Shown: positions 27,238 to 37,456 of the stretch, piece by piece
Layout of the letters: each line of letters starts with the position of its first letter
How positions within the stretch are numbered: the first letter of the stretch is position 1
Sequence record: LR756502.1
Reading direction: 5' to 3' (one strand)
DNA: 64,000 nucleotides
The notes under the pieces: generated by a model
Told to the model about the DNA's origin: nothing
The model's database searches: none
What the model saw: the letters and a program-made list of their open reading frames with translations, nothing else
Program-made: the position numbers and the translations under genes

Positions 27238-27522
27238 TTAAATTTTAAATAGCTTATTTAATTTCCTTTCTCTTGAATCATTTACACTTTCAAATCTTTT
27301 ACTATTGAAGTATAATGGCTCACCTTCTATTATAATTATATACCCTTGGTAATCTCGTAATACTAAATTAACCGAATCGATTTTATATAATCTCGCCTCA
27401 TATTCTTCATTTAATACTAATTTGGCATATGGATCCCATTCCTTAATGTCCTTATCAGTCCTTTTGTAGTAGAATTCTTCATCTACCCACACACCATTAT
27501 TATCTATACATACTAATCTCAT
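27238..27522 (-). CDS. C-tail SH3-like protein (xVxC family)
   Basis: MRLVCIDN; ends RERKLNKLFKI. Confidence 0.7.
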   Translation of the reverse strand: MRLVCIDNNGVWVDEEFYYKRTDKDIKEWDPYAKLVLNEEYEARLYKIDSVNLVLRDYQGYIIIIEGEPLYFNSKRFESVNDSRERKLNKLFKI

Positions 27523-27526
27523 ATAT

Positions 27527-28000
27527 CTAACTTAATAATGTATTGATTGTATTGTTTCTTATTGCGTCCTTTGTTTCGAAGTAGTCCTCGAAGAATTTAT
27601 AAGATGTAGTGAATTTTGAACTACCATATTTTTTTACCAATTCATCTCTTGTTACTGTTATGAACTCATATAATGTACCATTTGAATTAATAGAGTTTGG
27701 TTCACTTAGTATTCTGACAGTTGGTACCTCAATCTCCTTGGTGTACATTTCTTTTACTTCTTCATAGTTTAGGTATCCAGGTATTACCGTTGGTAGCTCT
27801 TCTTCTTTATATCCTTTTCTTATCCAGGAAACGCTCTTGGATATAATCCCAATATAATGAAAGTATTTCTCGTTATCAGTTATAACAGTTGGGGATTTAG
27901 TGTCATTTGATAATATAGAATACCAACTACCCTCTACAAATAGAAAGTCGGTACTCATATCTTCAAACTGAAAAATATATTTTTTCTTACACCTAATCAT
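27527..28000 (-). CDS. C-tail protein
   Basis: MIRCKK..GSWYSI; ends RNNTINTLLS. Confidence 0.7.
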   Translation of the reverse strand: MIRCKKKYIFQFEDMSTDFLFVEGSWYSILSNDTKSPTVITDNEKYFHYIGIISKSVSWIRKGYKEEELPTVIPGYLNYEEVKEMYTKEIEVPTVRILSEPNSINSNGTLYEFITVTRDELVKKYGSSKFTTSYKFFEDYFETKDAIRNNTINTLLS

Positions 28001-28052
28001 TTATTTATATATCTGAAGTATAAATATAAGGAATAAATATTATATATACGTT

Positions 28053-28439
28053 ATGAAATACTTGAAGAGATATTATGAATCCACTGAAACTTCCTTCAAT
28101 AAAGAAGACTTGGAATTTATATTCGCACATTCGTTTGATGTTGCTGATGATCATGGTATAGATGAGGTATATTTTAATCCGAATGATTTAGAAGAATGGG
28201 CACATAATGATTTCAGTAACCCAGATAGTTCATCACATCCAGTCACTTGCATCACCGGATATGAAGTGTCATTTCACCACGAATTTTATGATGAGTCTTC
28301 ATTAGAAGATTTTGAAAAGTATTCTAACTTAATAGCTGAGATTAAATCTGACATAGAAAGATTCAAAGGCATGTATAATGTGGGTGGTATATTCTTTTTT
28401 ATACATGATTCAATATTAAGATTAATAATAAGACCATGA
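28053..28439 (+). CDS. N-tagged acidic protein
   Basis: MKYLKRYYES. Confidence 0.65.
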   Translation: MKYLKRYYESTETSFNKEDLEFIFAHSFDVADDHGIDEVYFNPNDLEEWAHNDFSNPDSSSHPVTCITGYEVSFHHEFYDESSLEDFEKYSNLIAEIKSDIERFKGMYNVGGIFFFIHDSILRLIIRP

Positions 28440-28897
28440 AACATCTAAGAAGATATAATGAGAGTTTTAGAACAGATGATATAAAATCAAGTGAATCAGC
28501 GTTCTATCAATCCAATCTTCTTGGTGGAAAACAAACATTATCTCCAATTTGGCATGAACTTGCTCAAGATATAAAACAAACATTAGATGATATTGCAATA
28601 GATTTAAGAGATGATGGATATAATGTGAGTGTTAATGCGGCACAAAGAGCTTCTTATAGCAAAGATAAGTATATGATAGTAATGAATGTCTCTCTTGGAA
28701 TGAAACCACCTAGCTATGCCACACATATACCATTTGCTGTTAAAGATGTTGCACCAACACTCAGAAGAGTGGAAAGTTATTTAACTACACTAGATTTGGT
28801 AGATAGATATGATTACTTCATACATAGAACATATGATAGCATTGATGAGATAACTCCACTCTGGGTTGATGGTCTATCAATTAGAATATTTTTATGA
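28436..28897 (+). CDS. N-tagged DILxDLxDxG-family protein
   Basis: MKHLRRYNES; LDDIAIDLRDDGY...LRRVESYL. Confidence 0.7.
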   Translation: MKHLRRYNESFRTDDIKSSESAFYQSNLLGGKQTLSPIWHELAQDIKQTLDDIAIDLRDDGYNVSVNAAQRASYSKDKYMIVMNVSLGMKPPSYATHIPFAVKDVAPTLRRVESYLTTLDLVDRYDYFIHRTYDSIDEITPLWVDGLSIRIFL

Positions 28898-28947
28898 AAT
28901 ACCAATTAGTTATATAAATATATACTGTAATGAATACAATCGAACAC

Positions 28948-29358
28948 ATGAGACATTTAAAATCATATATAATATTTGAATCTAATACAGGCTTTTATTG
29001 TTCTCCTATATTCAAAGATACATTCTGTGATATATCTGATGACCTACCGGTAAATATAAATTATTCTGATTCTGAATTACCTGGATACCAAGGGAAGATT
29101 GTAATAACGCATGAGTTAAATACGGCTCGTGTTGATTACTTCCAAAAAAAATTAGACCTATTTAAATTGCTTCCTATTATGAAAAGTAAAATTGGATATC
29201 TAAAGGAAGAAGGATTTGACTTTGATATTAGTTTAAGTTTTCTTACTGGAAGAAGTTCATCAGAACATAGTTGGTATTTATCAAGTTTTAATATAAATGA
29301 CTTAGAGCCTCAAGTTATATATGGCACTTATAAAATTTTAATTTACATATTTAAATGA
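28948..29358 (+). CDS. N-tagged family protein (start revised to 28948)
   Basis: MRHLKSYIIFES; FKDTFCDISDD. Confidence 0.65.
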   Translation: MRHLKSYIIFESNTGFYCSPIFKDTFCDISDDLPVNINYSDSELPGYQGKIVITHELNTARVDYFQKKLDLFKLLPIMKSKIGYLKEEGFDFDISLSFLTGRSSSEHSWYLSSFNINDLEPQVIYGTYKILIYIFK

Positions 29359-29933
29359 AACACTTAACTACATATAAAATATTTGAATCCGTTAGAGATA
29401 TATCACAATATATCTCCGATATATTCACAGATCTAACGGATGAAGGATATGAAGTGGAAGTATATGATACCGACCCAAATCAAAAATTAAAACCAACTGG
29501 TCGTGGGGTTACATCACCAACTATCTATATTCCTAATCATGGTAACTATACAGATGCAACTACTATCTATATAACCAAATTACATGAAAAGGATGGTACT
29601 CTTTATAGAGACAATTTTAACACAAATGATATTAGATCATATGTTGATTGGTTGTGTAAGTATATGAAATCGGAAGGATTTACTAATTATTGGGCATGGG
29701 TAGAGGTGGATAAGAATATCCCTGTTATACCACATAAATCTGATAAGTTTTATAACTTGGTTCACTATGATAATGGGGTAACTTGGAATGAAAAGAAGGG
29801 TAAGTGGGTTTCTCATGGTCTACTTAGAAAAACGTTTAATAAGATAAAGGATAGAATAGCTAATGAGAAGATATTACCAAAGAACATATTAACTGAAAAT
29901 GTTAAATTGGTATTTGCTAAAGATAATAAATAA
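29355..29933 (+). CDS. N-tagged DILxDLxDxG-family protein
   Basis: MKHLTTYKIFES; ISDIFTDLTDEGY. Confidence 0.7.
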   Translation: MKHLTTYKIFESVRDISQYISDIFTDLTDEGYEVEVYDTDPNQKLKPTGRGVTSPTIYIPNHGNYTDATTIYITKLHEKDGTLYRDNFNTNDIRSYVDWLCKYMKSEGFTNYWAWVEVDKNIPVIPHKSDKFYNLVHYDNGVTWNEKKGKWVSHGLLRKTFNKIKDRIANEKILPKNILTENVKLVFAKDNK

Positions 29934-29940
29934 TAAGGAT

Positions 29941-30426
29941 ATGAAACATATAAAGAAATATAAGATATATGAGAATGATTCCGTTTCTGGTCAGATTGTG
30001 TCTGATATAAAGGACATCCTTAGGGATTGTGAGGACCTTGGGTTATCAATAAGTATAGATTTTGGTCGTTTTTTAAAAAAGTCTGGATATCTAGTTACAA
30101 TTAACTCGGTGCCTCGAAGATATAATATTCCTGCTAAGGTTCAGTTTAAAGATATATTACCTAATATTCAACATCTTATTAGTTATATGGATAGTGTCGG
30201 ATATAATAATTTTAATTATGTAGATACTGTATCGGGGTTTAATAACTACTATAAAATTGTTAGAGATGAGTGGCTTGGTGAAGATGTTCCACGCATTGCC
30301 TCTGAGGGTGAAATTAATAACATATTACCCAGTGTTGGTAGTGATAGTGACTCCATGATGTTTGCGCCTGCTGTTGGTAAGAAATTGTTTGTTGGTTTTG
30401 GTAAAATGATATTCTTTAAAGGGTGA
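29941..30426 (+). CDS. N-tagged DILxDLxDxG-family protein (start revised to 29941)
   Basis: MKHIKKYKIYEN; IKDILRDCEDLG...IQHLISYMDSVGY. Confidence 0.7.
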   Translation: MKHIKKYKIYENDSVSGQIVSDIKDILRDCEDLGLSISIDFGRFLKKSGYLVTINSVPRRYNIPAKVQFKDILPNIQHLISYMDSVGYNNFNYVDTVSGFNNYYKIVRDEWLGEDVPRIASEGEINNILPSVGSDSDSMMFAPAVGKKLFVGFGKMIFFKG

Positions 30427-30953
30427 AACACTTAAAGACATATAAATTATATGAATCTTATAAAAAACATCTATCCTTATCGTTAGATATTGCTAAAGAG
30501 ATATGTCTTGACTTAGAAGACGATGGATATGATGTAACTATAAATACAATCAGTGAAGTTCCTGATTGGGCGAAAGATTATATAGATAAAGGAATGAAAG
30601 TTACACATAAGCATCAGAATATAATTATTGAGATATCTAAGTTACGTAGTTACTTTGAGTATGATGATATTAAAGATACAGTCGAAAGATTGATTAATGT
30701 AATAGGACAAGGAGAGTTAGTTGATGATAAATTAAAAGGAAGAAATGGATTCAAACTAACCGATTACCCAGGATGGGGAGATGTTACTAAATATGTACCT
30801 AAAGTATATCACTATTGGAGATCAGATAGACATAGAGGTGGGTTATTTAATATACCTGGGATAGGATCTATGTGGGTAAAGAAAACAACAACCAAAGATG
30901 ATGATATCGAAAGATGTTTAAAATCTGAAATTAAATTAGTATTTACAAATTAA
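30423..30953 (+). CDS. N-tagged DILxDLxDxG-family protein (GTG start)
   Basis: MKHLKTYKLYES; ICLDLEDDGY...FEYDDIKDTVERL. Confidence 0.7.
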   Translation: MKHLKTYKLYESYKKHLSLSLDIAKEICLDLEDDGYDVTINTISEVPDWAKDYIDKGMKVTHKHQNIIIEISKLRSYFEYDDIKDTVERLINVIGQGELVDDKLKGRNGFKLTDYPGWGDVTKYVPKVYHYWRSDRHRGGLFNIPGIGSMWVKKTTTKDDDIERCLKSEIKLVFTN

Positions 30954-30966
30954 TAATATATAGTTA

Positions 30967-31749
30967 ATGAAACATCTTAAATCATTTGTTAATGTGCCTT
31001 TAGTCAAAGATGATATCATGGATATACTTACTGATGTCATTGATGAAGGTCTGTTTGTTTATGTCTATTGTACCGATACTATTGTAATGATATCTATTAA
31101 ACCAAATTACCCAAGATTGGGATTACTTCAATATAGTAATGAAGAAAAACCAAAACCTTTCCCTACCAGTGTTGTAAAATCTGATATTGAGAGAGTGATA
31201 AACTATTTAGGAGATGAGGTGTCTAGTGTCGGTTATACATATACTGAAAAGAAATGGAAAGCAACTACACCATGTGAATCAATTCCAGATAAAGACATAT
31301 ATGAATTAAACGTTGAGATACGACTAAATAAGTTAAAAGAAATTGATAAGTTATTTAGTGATAAGACCAGAACAAATGAATCAGAGAATATATCAAAATC
31401 AAGAAAATACATTGAAGGTAAATGCCTTGAGGAAATTAGGGATATTATAATTGATGTTAGTGATGAGTGTGTCACCGATGTTAGTGTATATAGCAGGAAT
31501 TCTATTGGTGGTAAGACCTTATATAATATAAACGTTAATTATAATGTTGATGATAGAAGTAAAGGTGTTAAACACAGCATCAACACAAGTATAGATTTAT
31601 ATAATAAATCACATAATATATCAAAATATCTATTCGATGCTCTCAAAAGATTAGAAGCGATAGGGTATGATATCGCCTATAGAAAAATAGAATCTTGGTC
31701 AATCAATGATGGGTCTGGACTTGATGCCAAAATACAAATGTGGAAATGA
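30967..31749 (+). CDS. N-tagged two-module family protein
   Basis: MKHLKSF; IMDILTDVIDEG; internal TNESE followed by IRDIIIDVSDE. Confidence 0.65.
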   Translation: MKHLKSFVNVPLVKDDIMDILTDVIDEGLFVYVYCTDTIVMISIKPNYPRLGLLQYSNEEKPKPFPTSVVKSDIERVINYLGDEVSSVGYTYTEKKWKATTPCESIPDKDIYELNVEIRLNKLKEIDKLFSDKTRTNESENISKSRKYIEGKCLEEIRDIIIDVSDECVTDVSVYSRNSIGGKTLYNINVNYNVDDRSKGVKHSINTSIDLYNKSHNISKYLFDALKRLEAIGYDIAYRKIESWSINDGSGLDAKIQMWK

Positions 31750-32273
31750 GGCACTTAAAGAAATATAATGAATCTACTAAGAACCCGGATGCTCTTCTCC
31801 AAGAAGCTGAATTTGTAAAAAAAGCAGAAGAAGAAAAAAAGGTATTGTCATCAATTAAAAGTGATGTAGAAGATATTTTATTAGAAGTATCTGATGAGGG
31901 ATTTTATACTCAAGTATCTATAAACAGATGGCATAAGAATGAACCATTCTTTACATATGGTGGATTACGAGATGGGTGGATTAGTGAGGTGAGATATAGT
32001 ATGGTTATCAATATAGTTAAGGAGGGATTAAAGCCAGGTCAGCCAATGCTTGGTAATACCAACTACTTTGATATTAATACAATAAAAGAACCTCTTATTA
32101 GATTGGAAGGATATGTTAAGGATAATCTACCTGGGTATAAAATGGAATATGATAATTCTGTGAATAGGGAGGCTTGGAAAGAAAATAGAATATTTTACTT
32201 ATCGTTAGTGACGGTAATTATTGATAGTTATAACGATGGTGTCCTTCCATCAAATTCACTTAGGATGATATAA
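31746..32273 (+). CDS. N-tagged DILxDLxDxG-family protein (start revised to 31746)
   Basis: MRHLKKYNES; VEDILLEVSDEGF. Confidence 0.7.
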   Translation: MRHLKKYNESTKNPDALLQEAEFVKKAEEEKKVLSSIKSDVEDILLEVSDEGFYTQVSINRWHKNEPFFTYGGLRDGWISEVRYSMVINIVKEGLKPGQPMLGNTNYFDINTIKEPLIRLEGYVKDNLPGYKMEYDNSVNREAWKENRIFYLSLVTVIIDSYNDGVLPSNSLRMI

Positions 32274-32284
32274 TATATAAGACA

Positions 32285-32773
32285 ATGAAGCACTTAAAAA
32301 CATATGAAAGTAAACACCCAATAGAAAATCTAGATATCGAATATATCCTGATGTGCTTTGCTGATATCATTGATGATTATGATGCAAATCGAGAGGTTAC
32401 TCTTTTAAGTGATGAAAGAGAAATTCTACCTGGTCATTCACACAAAACCTACCGTCATGATAGACTTAGAGAATCATGGTCAATCAGACTTAAATTATGG
32501 GATGATGGTGATGTTGATGTAACATCAGCTGTTCCTGGTCATACATATAAGGTTGGATATGATTTATATAAGTTATCACAAGAAGCTAAGAGAAGGAGTG
32601 ATATTCTACAAGATATAGATGTTGCGTCAAAAAGGATTAAGGATAAATATAACTATAACATATTCATAGATAAAGAGTTTACATCCTTTGAGGGTGGATG
32701 GAACAAAGGATGGAAAGAAGAATTTATAATAATTAGAATATCTTGGGATAAGGACAGAATGGCAAATACTTAA
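32285..32773 (+). CDS. N-tagged protein
   Basis: MKHLKTYES; TAATATATA at 32271-32279. Confidence 0.65.
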   Translation: MKHLKTYESKHPIENLDIEYILMCFADIIDDYDANREVTLLSDEREILPGHSHKTYRHDRLRESWSIRLKLWDDGDVDVTSAVPGHTYKVGYDLYKLSQEAKRRSDILQDIDVASKRIKDKYNYNIFIDKEFTSFEGGWNKGWKEEFIIIRISWDKDRMANT

Positions 32774-32776
32774 TTA

Positions 32777-33034
32777 TTATAATAACTCATTTAACTTATC
32801 TTCTCTTAATTCGATTATCGGTTTGAATCTACTACTTTTAAACCACCGGTGTCCTGTGGGGAATGGACCAAAATTAGTACTTAATATAAATATAGAATCT
32901 CCCTCTTTATTATAAAATCCAGTATATTTTTTACCTAATGTAAGTAGTTCATCTGCTTTATCAGTACTACCGTCACGATATACAAGTAATGTATTATTAA
33001 TGCAAATGAAATCCTGTTTTTGAGTGGTTTTCAA
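32777..33034 (-). CDS. C-tail SH3-like protein (xVxC family)
   Basis: FICINN..LTLGKKY; ends REDKLNELL. Confidence 0.7.
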   Translation of the reverse strand: MKTTQKQDFICINNTLLVYRDGSTDKADELLTLGKKYTGFYNKEGDSIFILSTNFGPFPTGHRWFKSSRFKPIIELREDKLNELL

Positions 33035-33369
33035 TATTTTTCTAATATTAAACTTAATTTTTTTTCTCTTTTATGTTCTTTGTATAATGATATTACAATA
33101 GTTCTTACTATCTCACTTTTATTTGAGAAATCTATTATATCATTATGGTAGATATTACTATGTCCTTGTGATGAGGAATCATCTGGCCATTTTGTCTCTA
33201 TTCTAATATACTGCCGATGTGAGATGGAGGTATCCTGATTACAATTGAAAATCATTCCTTTTTTATAACTAAGAATGGATCCATATTCAACCTCATCGGT
33301 TAGCCTATCACAGACTAACTTATTATTATTTGATACGAAATCGTATATACCTTCTAATTTGATCCACAT
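33031..33369 (-). CDS. C-tail protein
   Basis: REKKLSLILEKY. Confidence 0.7.
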   Translation of the reverse strand: MWIKLEGIYDFVSNNNKLVCDRLTDEVEYGSILSYKKGMIFNCNQDTSISHRQYIRIETKWPDDSSSQGHSNIYHNDIIDFSNKSEIVRTIVISLYKEHKREKKLSLILEKY

Positions 33370-33372
33370 TTG

Positions 33373-33606
33373 TTAGTGAGATTTAACCTTTTCGACTACT
33401 ATATTGAAGTTTTCTAACCAATCTTCATTATCATCATCTATCTGAATTATAAATCTATCATCAAATACATCCAATTCATAGAATCCATTTTCTTCTAAAT
33501 TTTCATCACACCAATCTGATAGTGTATCGAAGTGTTCATCGTTGTTAGCATCTAATTTGTCAATTGAAACAACATGTTCTGTTAGGCTATTATATATATC
33601 TATCAT
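33373..33606 (-). CDS. Very acidic small protein
   Basis: 77 aa, strongly D/E rich. Confidence 0.65.
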   Translation of the reverse strand: MIDIYNSLTEHVVSIDKLDANNDEHFDTLSDWCDENLEENGFYELDVFDDRFIIQIDDDNEDWLENFNIVVEKVKSH

Positions 33607-33893
33607 ATATTTTTCTTATTTTTCTTATTCACATAAACATTACCATCTTTATCTACCCAGTTACTACCATCCCATCGATGGTTATCACTTTTAAAAAGTA
33701 CTTGATACATTAACCATATACCAAGTGTAATACCATAAACACCTCCAACACATAAATAAATAATATATGTGAATAGTGCTGTGACTACTATAGTAACTGG
33801 ATTAGAAATCATAATTAATAGATTCTTAATTAGTTTTATAATATCTTCCTTTATTTTTGTAGGAATTCTTTTAATTCTTTCTTTAAATTTCAT
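33603..33893 (-). CDS. Small membrane protein
   Basis: Two central hydrophobic segments. Confidence 0.65.
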   Translation of the reverse strand: MKFKERIKRIPTKIKEDIIKLIKNLLIMISNPVTIVVTALFTYIIYLCVGGVYGITLGIWLMYQVLFKSDNHRWDGSNWVDKDGNVYVNKKNKKNI

Positions 33894-34073
33894 ATTTAGT
33901 CTAAGTTAGTTTCTTCATCAATTCTATCAAGTATTTTAATTACTCCTTGAAAATCTTCTAAGTCATCCATACACCTATCTAAGGATACCGTCAGGGCATC
34001 TTTTATAATCTCTATTTCTTCTAATGTAAATTTCATCTTAAATTAGTTTATATCTTTTTATTATAATTTTATA

Positions 34074-34081
34074 CAAATATA
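34074..34081 (-). promoter_or_regulatory. Bacteroidota-type TAnnTTTG promoter
   Basis: TATATTTG on the minus strand, heading the run 34036 to 32777. Confidence 0.6.
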
Positions 34082-34153
34082 TGAATTTTTTGTTATATAA
34101 CCAATAAGTGAGGTTTCATAAGATATATTATAAATATAATATATAACTTAACT

Positions 34154-35059
34154 ATGAAACACTTACAGAAGTATAATATATTTGAATCTAATAATACTAT
34201 AATAATAGATACGGTCAATGATATACTACTTGATATTAATGACCTAGGGTGGTGGAAAGCATCTTCATGGAAGAAGTATGAGGGTGTTCGATCTGATAGA
34301 GATGAAGATATTGTTGTTCTTATACGCATCGATTCTATTCCAGATCAAACTATATTCCAGAGGTCATTAGGTCAAGATACACGTATTGTTGAAATACCAT
34401 CAGAGGTTACGAGTACTATTAAAAGACTTTGTGACTACTTAGGAGACTATGATACGATTGCAACTATAGGAGATGATGATATTGGTCCCGGAGGAGATAC
34501 GGGTGATCATGTGGATGAAGTTGATATCGAGAATGGTCTTCTATATGGTGGAGATGGGAAAGTTATTACTAAACTATGGTTTAATGAGTTTATAAGAATA
34601 GATTTTACAAAATGCCTATGGAATCGAGGAGGATACTTAAAGAAATATAATGAAGGTGTTATATCTATTGGTAAGAGATTACATGATACGTTAGATGACA
34701 TTCTATTGGACATTAAAGATGATGGGTTCAGATCACGATCTGTAATAGGTAGAAGGTTTATCACAATTGAAATATCAAAAGATGAGAGTGAGAAGGTGAC
34801 ATTTAGCTTAAAATCAATTGAGGGTGTAGTTTCTCATATATCATCATTCCTACTTGATGAAGGATTTGATATGTCTGAGGCTTATACTAAAAATTATCAA
34901 TCATATGAGGGTGAGGCTTGGAAATCCAAGTTCTACCCAACCAATATAGATGAGTATAAAAAAGAACTAAAATATCAATCCTTCGTCTATTCAATAAGGT
35001 TGTCTTTTTCTAGAAGATCTTCTGAAACGGATATTTACTTTTCTAGAAAAAATATATAG
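34154..35059 (+). CDS. N-tagged two-module family protein
   Basis: MKHLQKYNIFES; VNDILLDINDLG; internal YLKKYNEG followed by LDDILLDIKDDGF. Confidence 0.75.
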   Translation: MKHLQKYNIFESNNTIIIDTVNDILLDINDLGWWKASSWKKYEGVRSDRDEDIVVLIRIDSIPDQTIFQRSLGQDTRIVEIPSEVTSTIKRLCDYLGDYDTIATIGDDDIGPGGDTGDHVDEVDIENGLLYGGDGKVITKLWFNEFIRIDFTKCLWNRGGYLKKYNEGVISIGKRLHDTLDDILLDIKDDGFRSRSVIGRRFITIEISKDESEKVTFSLKSIEGVVSHISSFLLDEGFDMSEAYTKNYQSYEGEAWKSKFYPTNIDEYKKELKYQSFVYSIRLSFSRRSSETDIYFSRKNI

Positions 35060-35064
35060 ATATA

Positions 35065-35556
35065 ATGAATCACTTAAAGACATATAATATATTTGAGAAG
35101 GAGATTAATGAGGATTTTAATGTTTATCCATGGTCTGGAGTTGGACCAGATAACATCTATGGTAGACATGATGTAATACATTCTCCAGAGGTAGTTGATA
35201 TAATCAAGGATAGGCTTACTGGATTAAGCGATGATGGGTTTAATATAGATATAAAAACGGGGTATAAGGTTGTAAGGTCAAAACTTCCTTCACATGTTAA
35301 GGAGATAGTTGTGAGGATAAAGAATCATGACTCTTTGTTTTCTATAAAAGAAGTATTAGATGACATCGTTGCATTATCATCACATATTAATAACGAGTAT
35401 ACTTTAAGTATTGATATTTCATTCGGTCAAAAATATTTGCCTATTCCAAAGCTTTTCGCAGAATCATATATTGATAGATTGAAAAAGATGTTTGATTCTA
35501 ATGTTGTTGGTATTGAATTGACTTTTCATAAAAGGAGAATTATAAAGCCAGATTAG
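35065..35556 (+). CDS. N-tagged DILxDLxDxG-family protein
   Basis: MNHLKTYNIFEK; IKDRLTGLSDDGF. Confidence 0.7.
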   Translation: MNHLKTYNIFEKEINEDFNVYPWSGVGPDNIYGRHDVIHSPEVVDIIKDRLTGLSDDGFNIDIKTGYKVVRSKLPSHVKEIVVRIKNHDSLFSIKEVLDDIVALSSHINNEYTLSIDISFGQKYLPIPKLFAESYIDRLKKMFDSNVVGIELTFHKRRIIKPD

Positions 35557-36029
35557 TTCTTAAGTTCGGTAACAAATCCTAGTCTAAACCAACCTTCATA
35601 TTTATTATAATATTCTGGGAATTTATTCATCATATCTAATAACAGGTCCTTAGGATTATTATACTCTATACTAGTATATCCAGGATAAGTGTATTTATCG
35701 CTTTCAAAATCAAATTTAGCCTTAGAAGACGTGATGAATATATAATTACATAATCTATCCATTACATCCCTTATATCACTCCATTCAAATACTCCTCTAG
35801 GATGAGACCCAATACCACCATGTCCGTCAGGTGTCTCACTTGATTTACCTATTGTTATCTCAAATGATAACCTATCACCATCTACTTTCCATAAGATACA
35901 TTCGGCATCAAATGACTCATCATTTAATTCCAATAATATATCCTTAATAGTAGATTCAACCTCAACTGATTCAGGTGTTTCATAGTTAACTTTACCTTCA
36001 AATACTTTATATGTAGTTAAGTGTTTCAT
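35553..36029 (-). CDS. N-tagged DILxDLxDxG-family protein
   Basis: MKHLTTYKVFEG; IKDILLELNDESF...FEWSDIRDVMDRLCNYI. Confidence 0.7.
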   Translation of the reverse strand: MKHLTTYKVFEGKVNYETPESVEVESTIKDILLELNDESFDAECILWKVDGDRLSFEITIGKSSETPDGHGGIGSHPRGVFEWSDIRDVMDRLCNYIFITSSKAKFDFESDKYTYPGYTSIEYNNPKDLLLDMMNKFPEYYNKYEGWFRLGFVTELKN

Positions 36030-36112
36030 AAGGATATATATTAATTATTAGTCTGTAAATAATTGCTACTCATTATTTAATATATATCAGTGATAAAAAT
36101 TCCAAATAAAGA

Positions 36113-36490
36113 ATGAAATTCTTAAAGAACTATAAGATATATGAGGCGATGTTCGATACATCTAGTTTAGAAGATATACTACTTGAATTGACTGATGATG
36201 GTGGTGAGTGGACAATAGTCCTAACAAAGGGATCTAATGGTAATGATTGGGTTGTTTTGAATATATGTTTTCGGATGAACACTGATATAACTAAAACTCT
36301 ATTAAGGGTAAATGATTATTTATCAACAGAGGGGTACCAACCAATTGGAAATACACCTGAAATAATTAGAGACATTAAATCAAATGATTTTGAGGATTCA
36401 TTTTATGTTAATATAACAATTGATGACAATGATGAGGCACAAAACAATATTGAAGTGCATTATGGTAAAAAATCCAATGAAATTCGTTAA
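36113..36490 (+). CDS. N-tagged DILxDLxDxG-family protein
   Basis: MKFLKNYKIYEA; LEDILLELTDDG...LLRVNDYLSTEGY. Confidence 0.7.
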   Translation: MKFLKNYKIYEAMFDTSSLEDILLELTDDGGEWTIVLTKGSNGNDWVVLNICFRMNTDITKTLLRVNDYLSTEGYQPIGNTPEIIRDIKSNDFEDSFYVNITIDDNDEAQNNIEVHYGKKSNEIR

Positions 36491-37263
36491 TGATACACCT
36501 AACCAGTTATAAAATATTTGAAACACACACTATACAGGAATCGGTTTTGGAACAACTATCATCTGATAAGAGATGGGTTACGGATTCTGATCTAATGGAA
36601 CACTGGATATATAAATATGACCACACACTACCAAATGGATACGTTCTTAGTATAATTGGTTTGTTGAAAGATAGAGGACAAGTCTATATGGGTTTATATA
36701 TCAACTTTGATGATAAACTATCACTGGTAGATCATGTAACAGATCCATATAATAAATCACATATTGATATTAGTTACCAAAACATTCTGGATTGGTGTAT
36801 TAAAGTGGGTGAAGAACAGTCTCAATATTTTATTGAAAGGGAGTCTTTACCGACAGAAGATGAGCTAAGAGACACTTTTATTGAGTTGTTGGAAGATATG
36901 GGATATACACTAATAGATATTAAATATGGATATACTAATACACCGTTTGTTAAATCTAAACCAGAATTTGATGGTAGGACACTCTATGAAGTAGATGAGG
37001 ATCCATATTGGAATAGGAGCCATAAGTCAAGTAAACATACAAAATTGGTAATGTACTACGAGCAACCAAATGGATCAAGTAGCGGTGTTGGGTTGGAAGT
37101 CAGTATGGATGAGTTGAAAGAACAATTTAAGCACCTAAAAAAGAGATTAGATATATTCGGATATAAAGTAAAATGTAATATCTATTTCACTCAAATAAGA
37201 TATTATTCAGGAAAACATAGACCAGAAGACTTTATAATAGTGATTGAAACCGCTAAAACTTAA
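36490..37263 (+). CDS. N-tagged protein
   Basis: MIHLTSYKIFET; LRDTFIELLEDMGY. Confidence 0.65.
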   Translation: MIHLTSYKIFETHTIQESVLEQLSSDKRWVTDSDLMEHWIYKYDHTLPNGYVLSIIGLLKDRGQVYMGLYINFDDKLSLVDHVTDPYNKSHIDISYQNILDWCIKVGEEQSQYFIERESLPTEDELRDTFIELLEDMGYTLIDIKYGYTNTPFVKSKPEFDGRTLYEVDEDPYWNRSHKSSKHTKLVMYYEQPNGSSSGVGLEVSMDELKEQFKHLKKRLDIFGYKVKCNIYFTQIRYYSGKHRPEDFIIVIETAKT

Positions 37264-37336
37264 AACAATACCGCTTGCTAGTTATGTATATCATAAGGTA
37301 ACTTCTTTCCGTATAAGAAAGAAAAATATAAGCCAT

Positions 37337-37456
37337 ATGAGAAATATACACCACCGCAGAAAAAACTATAATGAAGAAGGTATTGGAACAATAACTATAT
37401 TGTTAGCAATTCTAACTGTTTTAATTATTTTCTATAGTATATACAACGCTATTTGA
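37337..37456 (+). CDS. Small membrane peptide (start revised to 37337)
   Basis: MRNIHHRRKNYNEE (tag-like) followed by one TM helix. Confidence 0.45.
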   Translation: MRNIHHRRKNYNEEGIGTITILLAILTVLIIFYSIYNAI

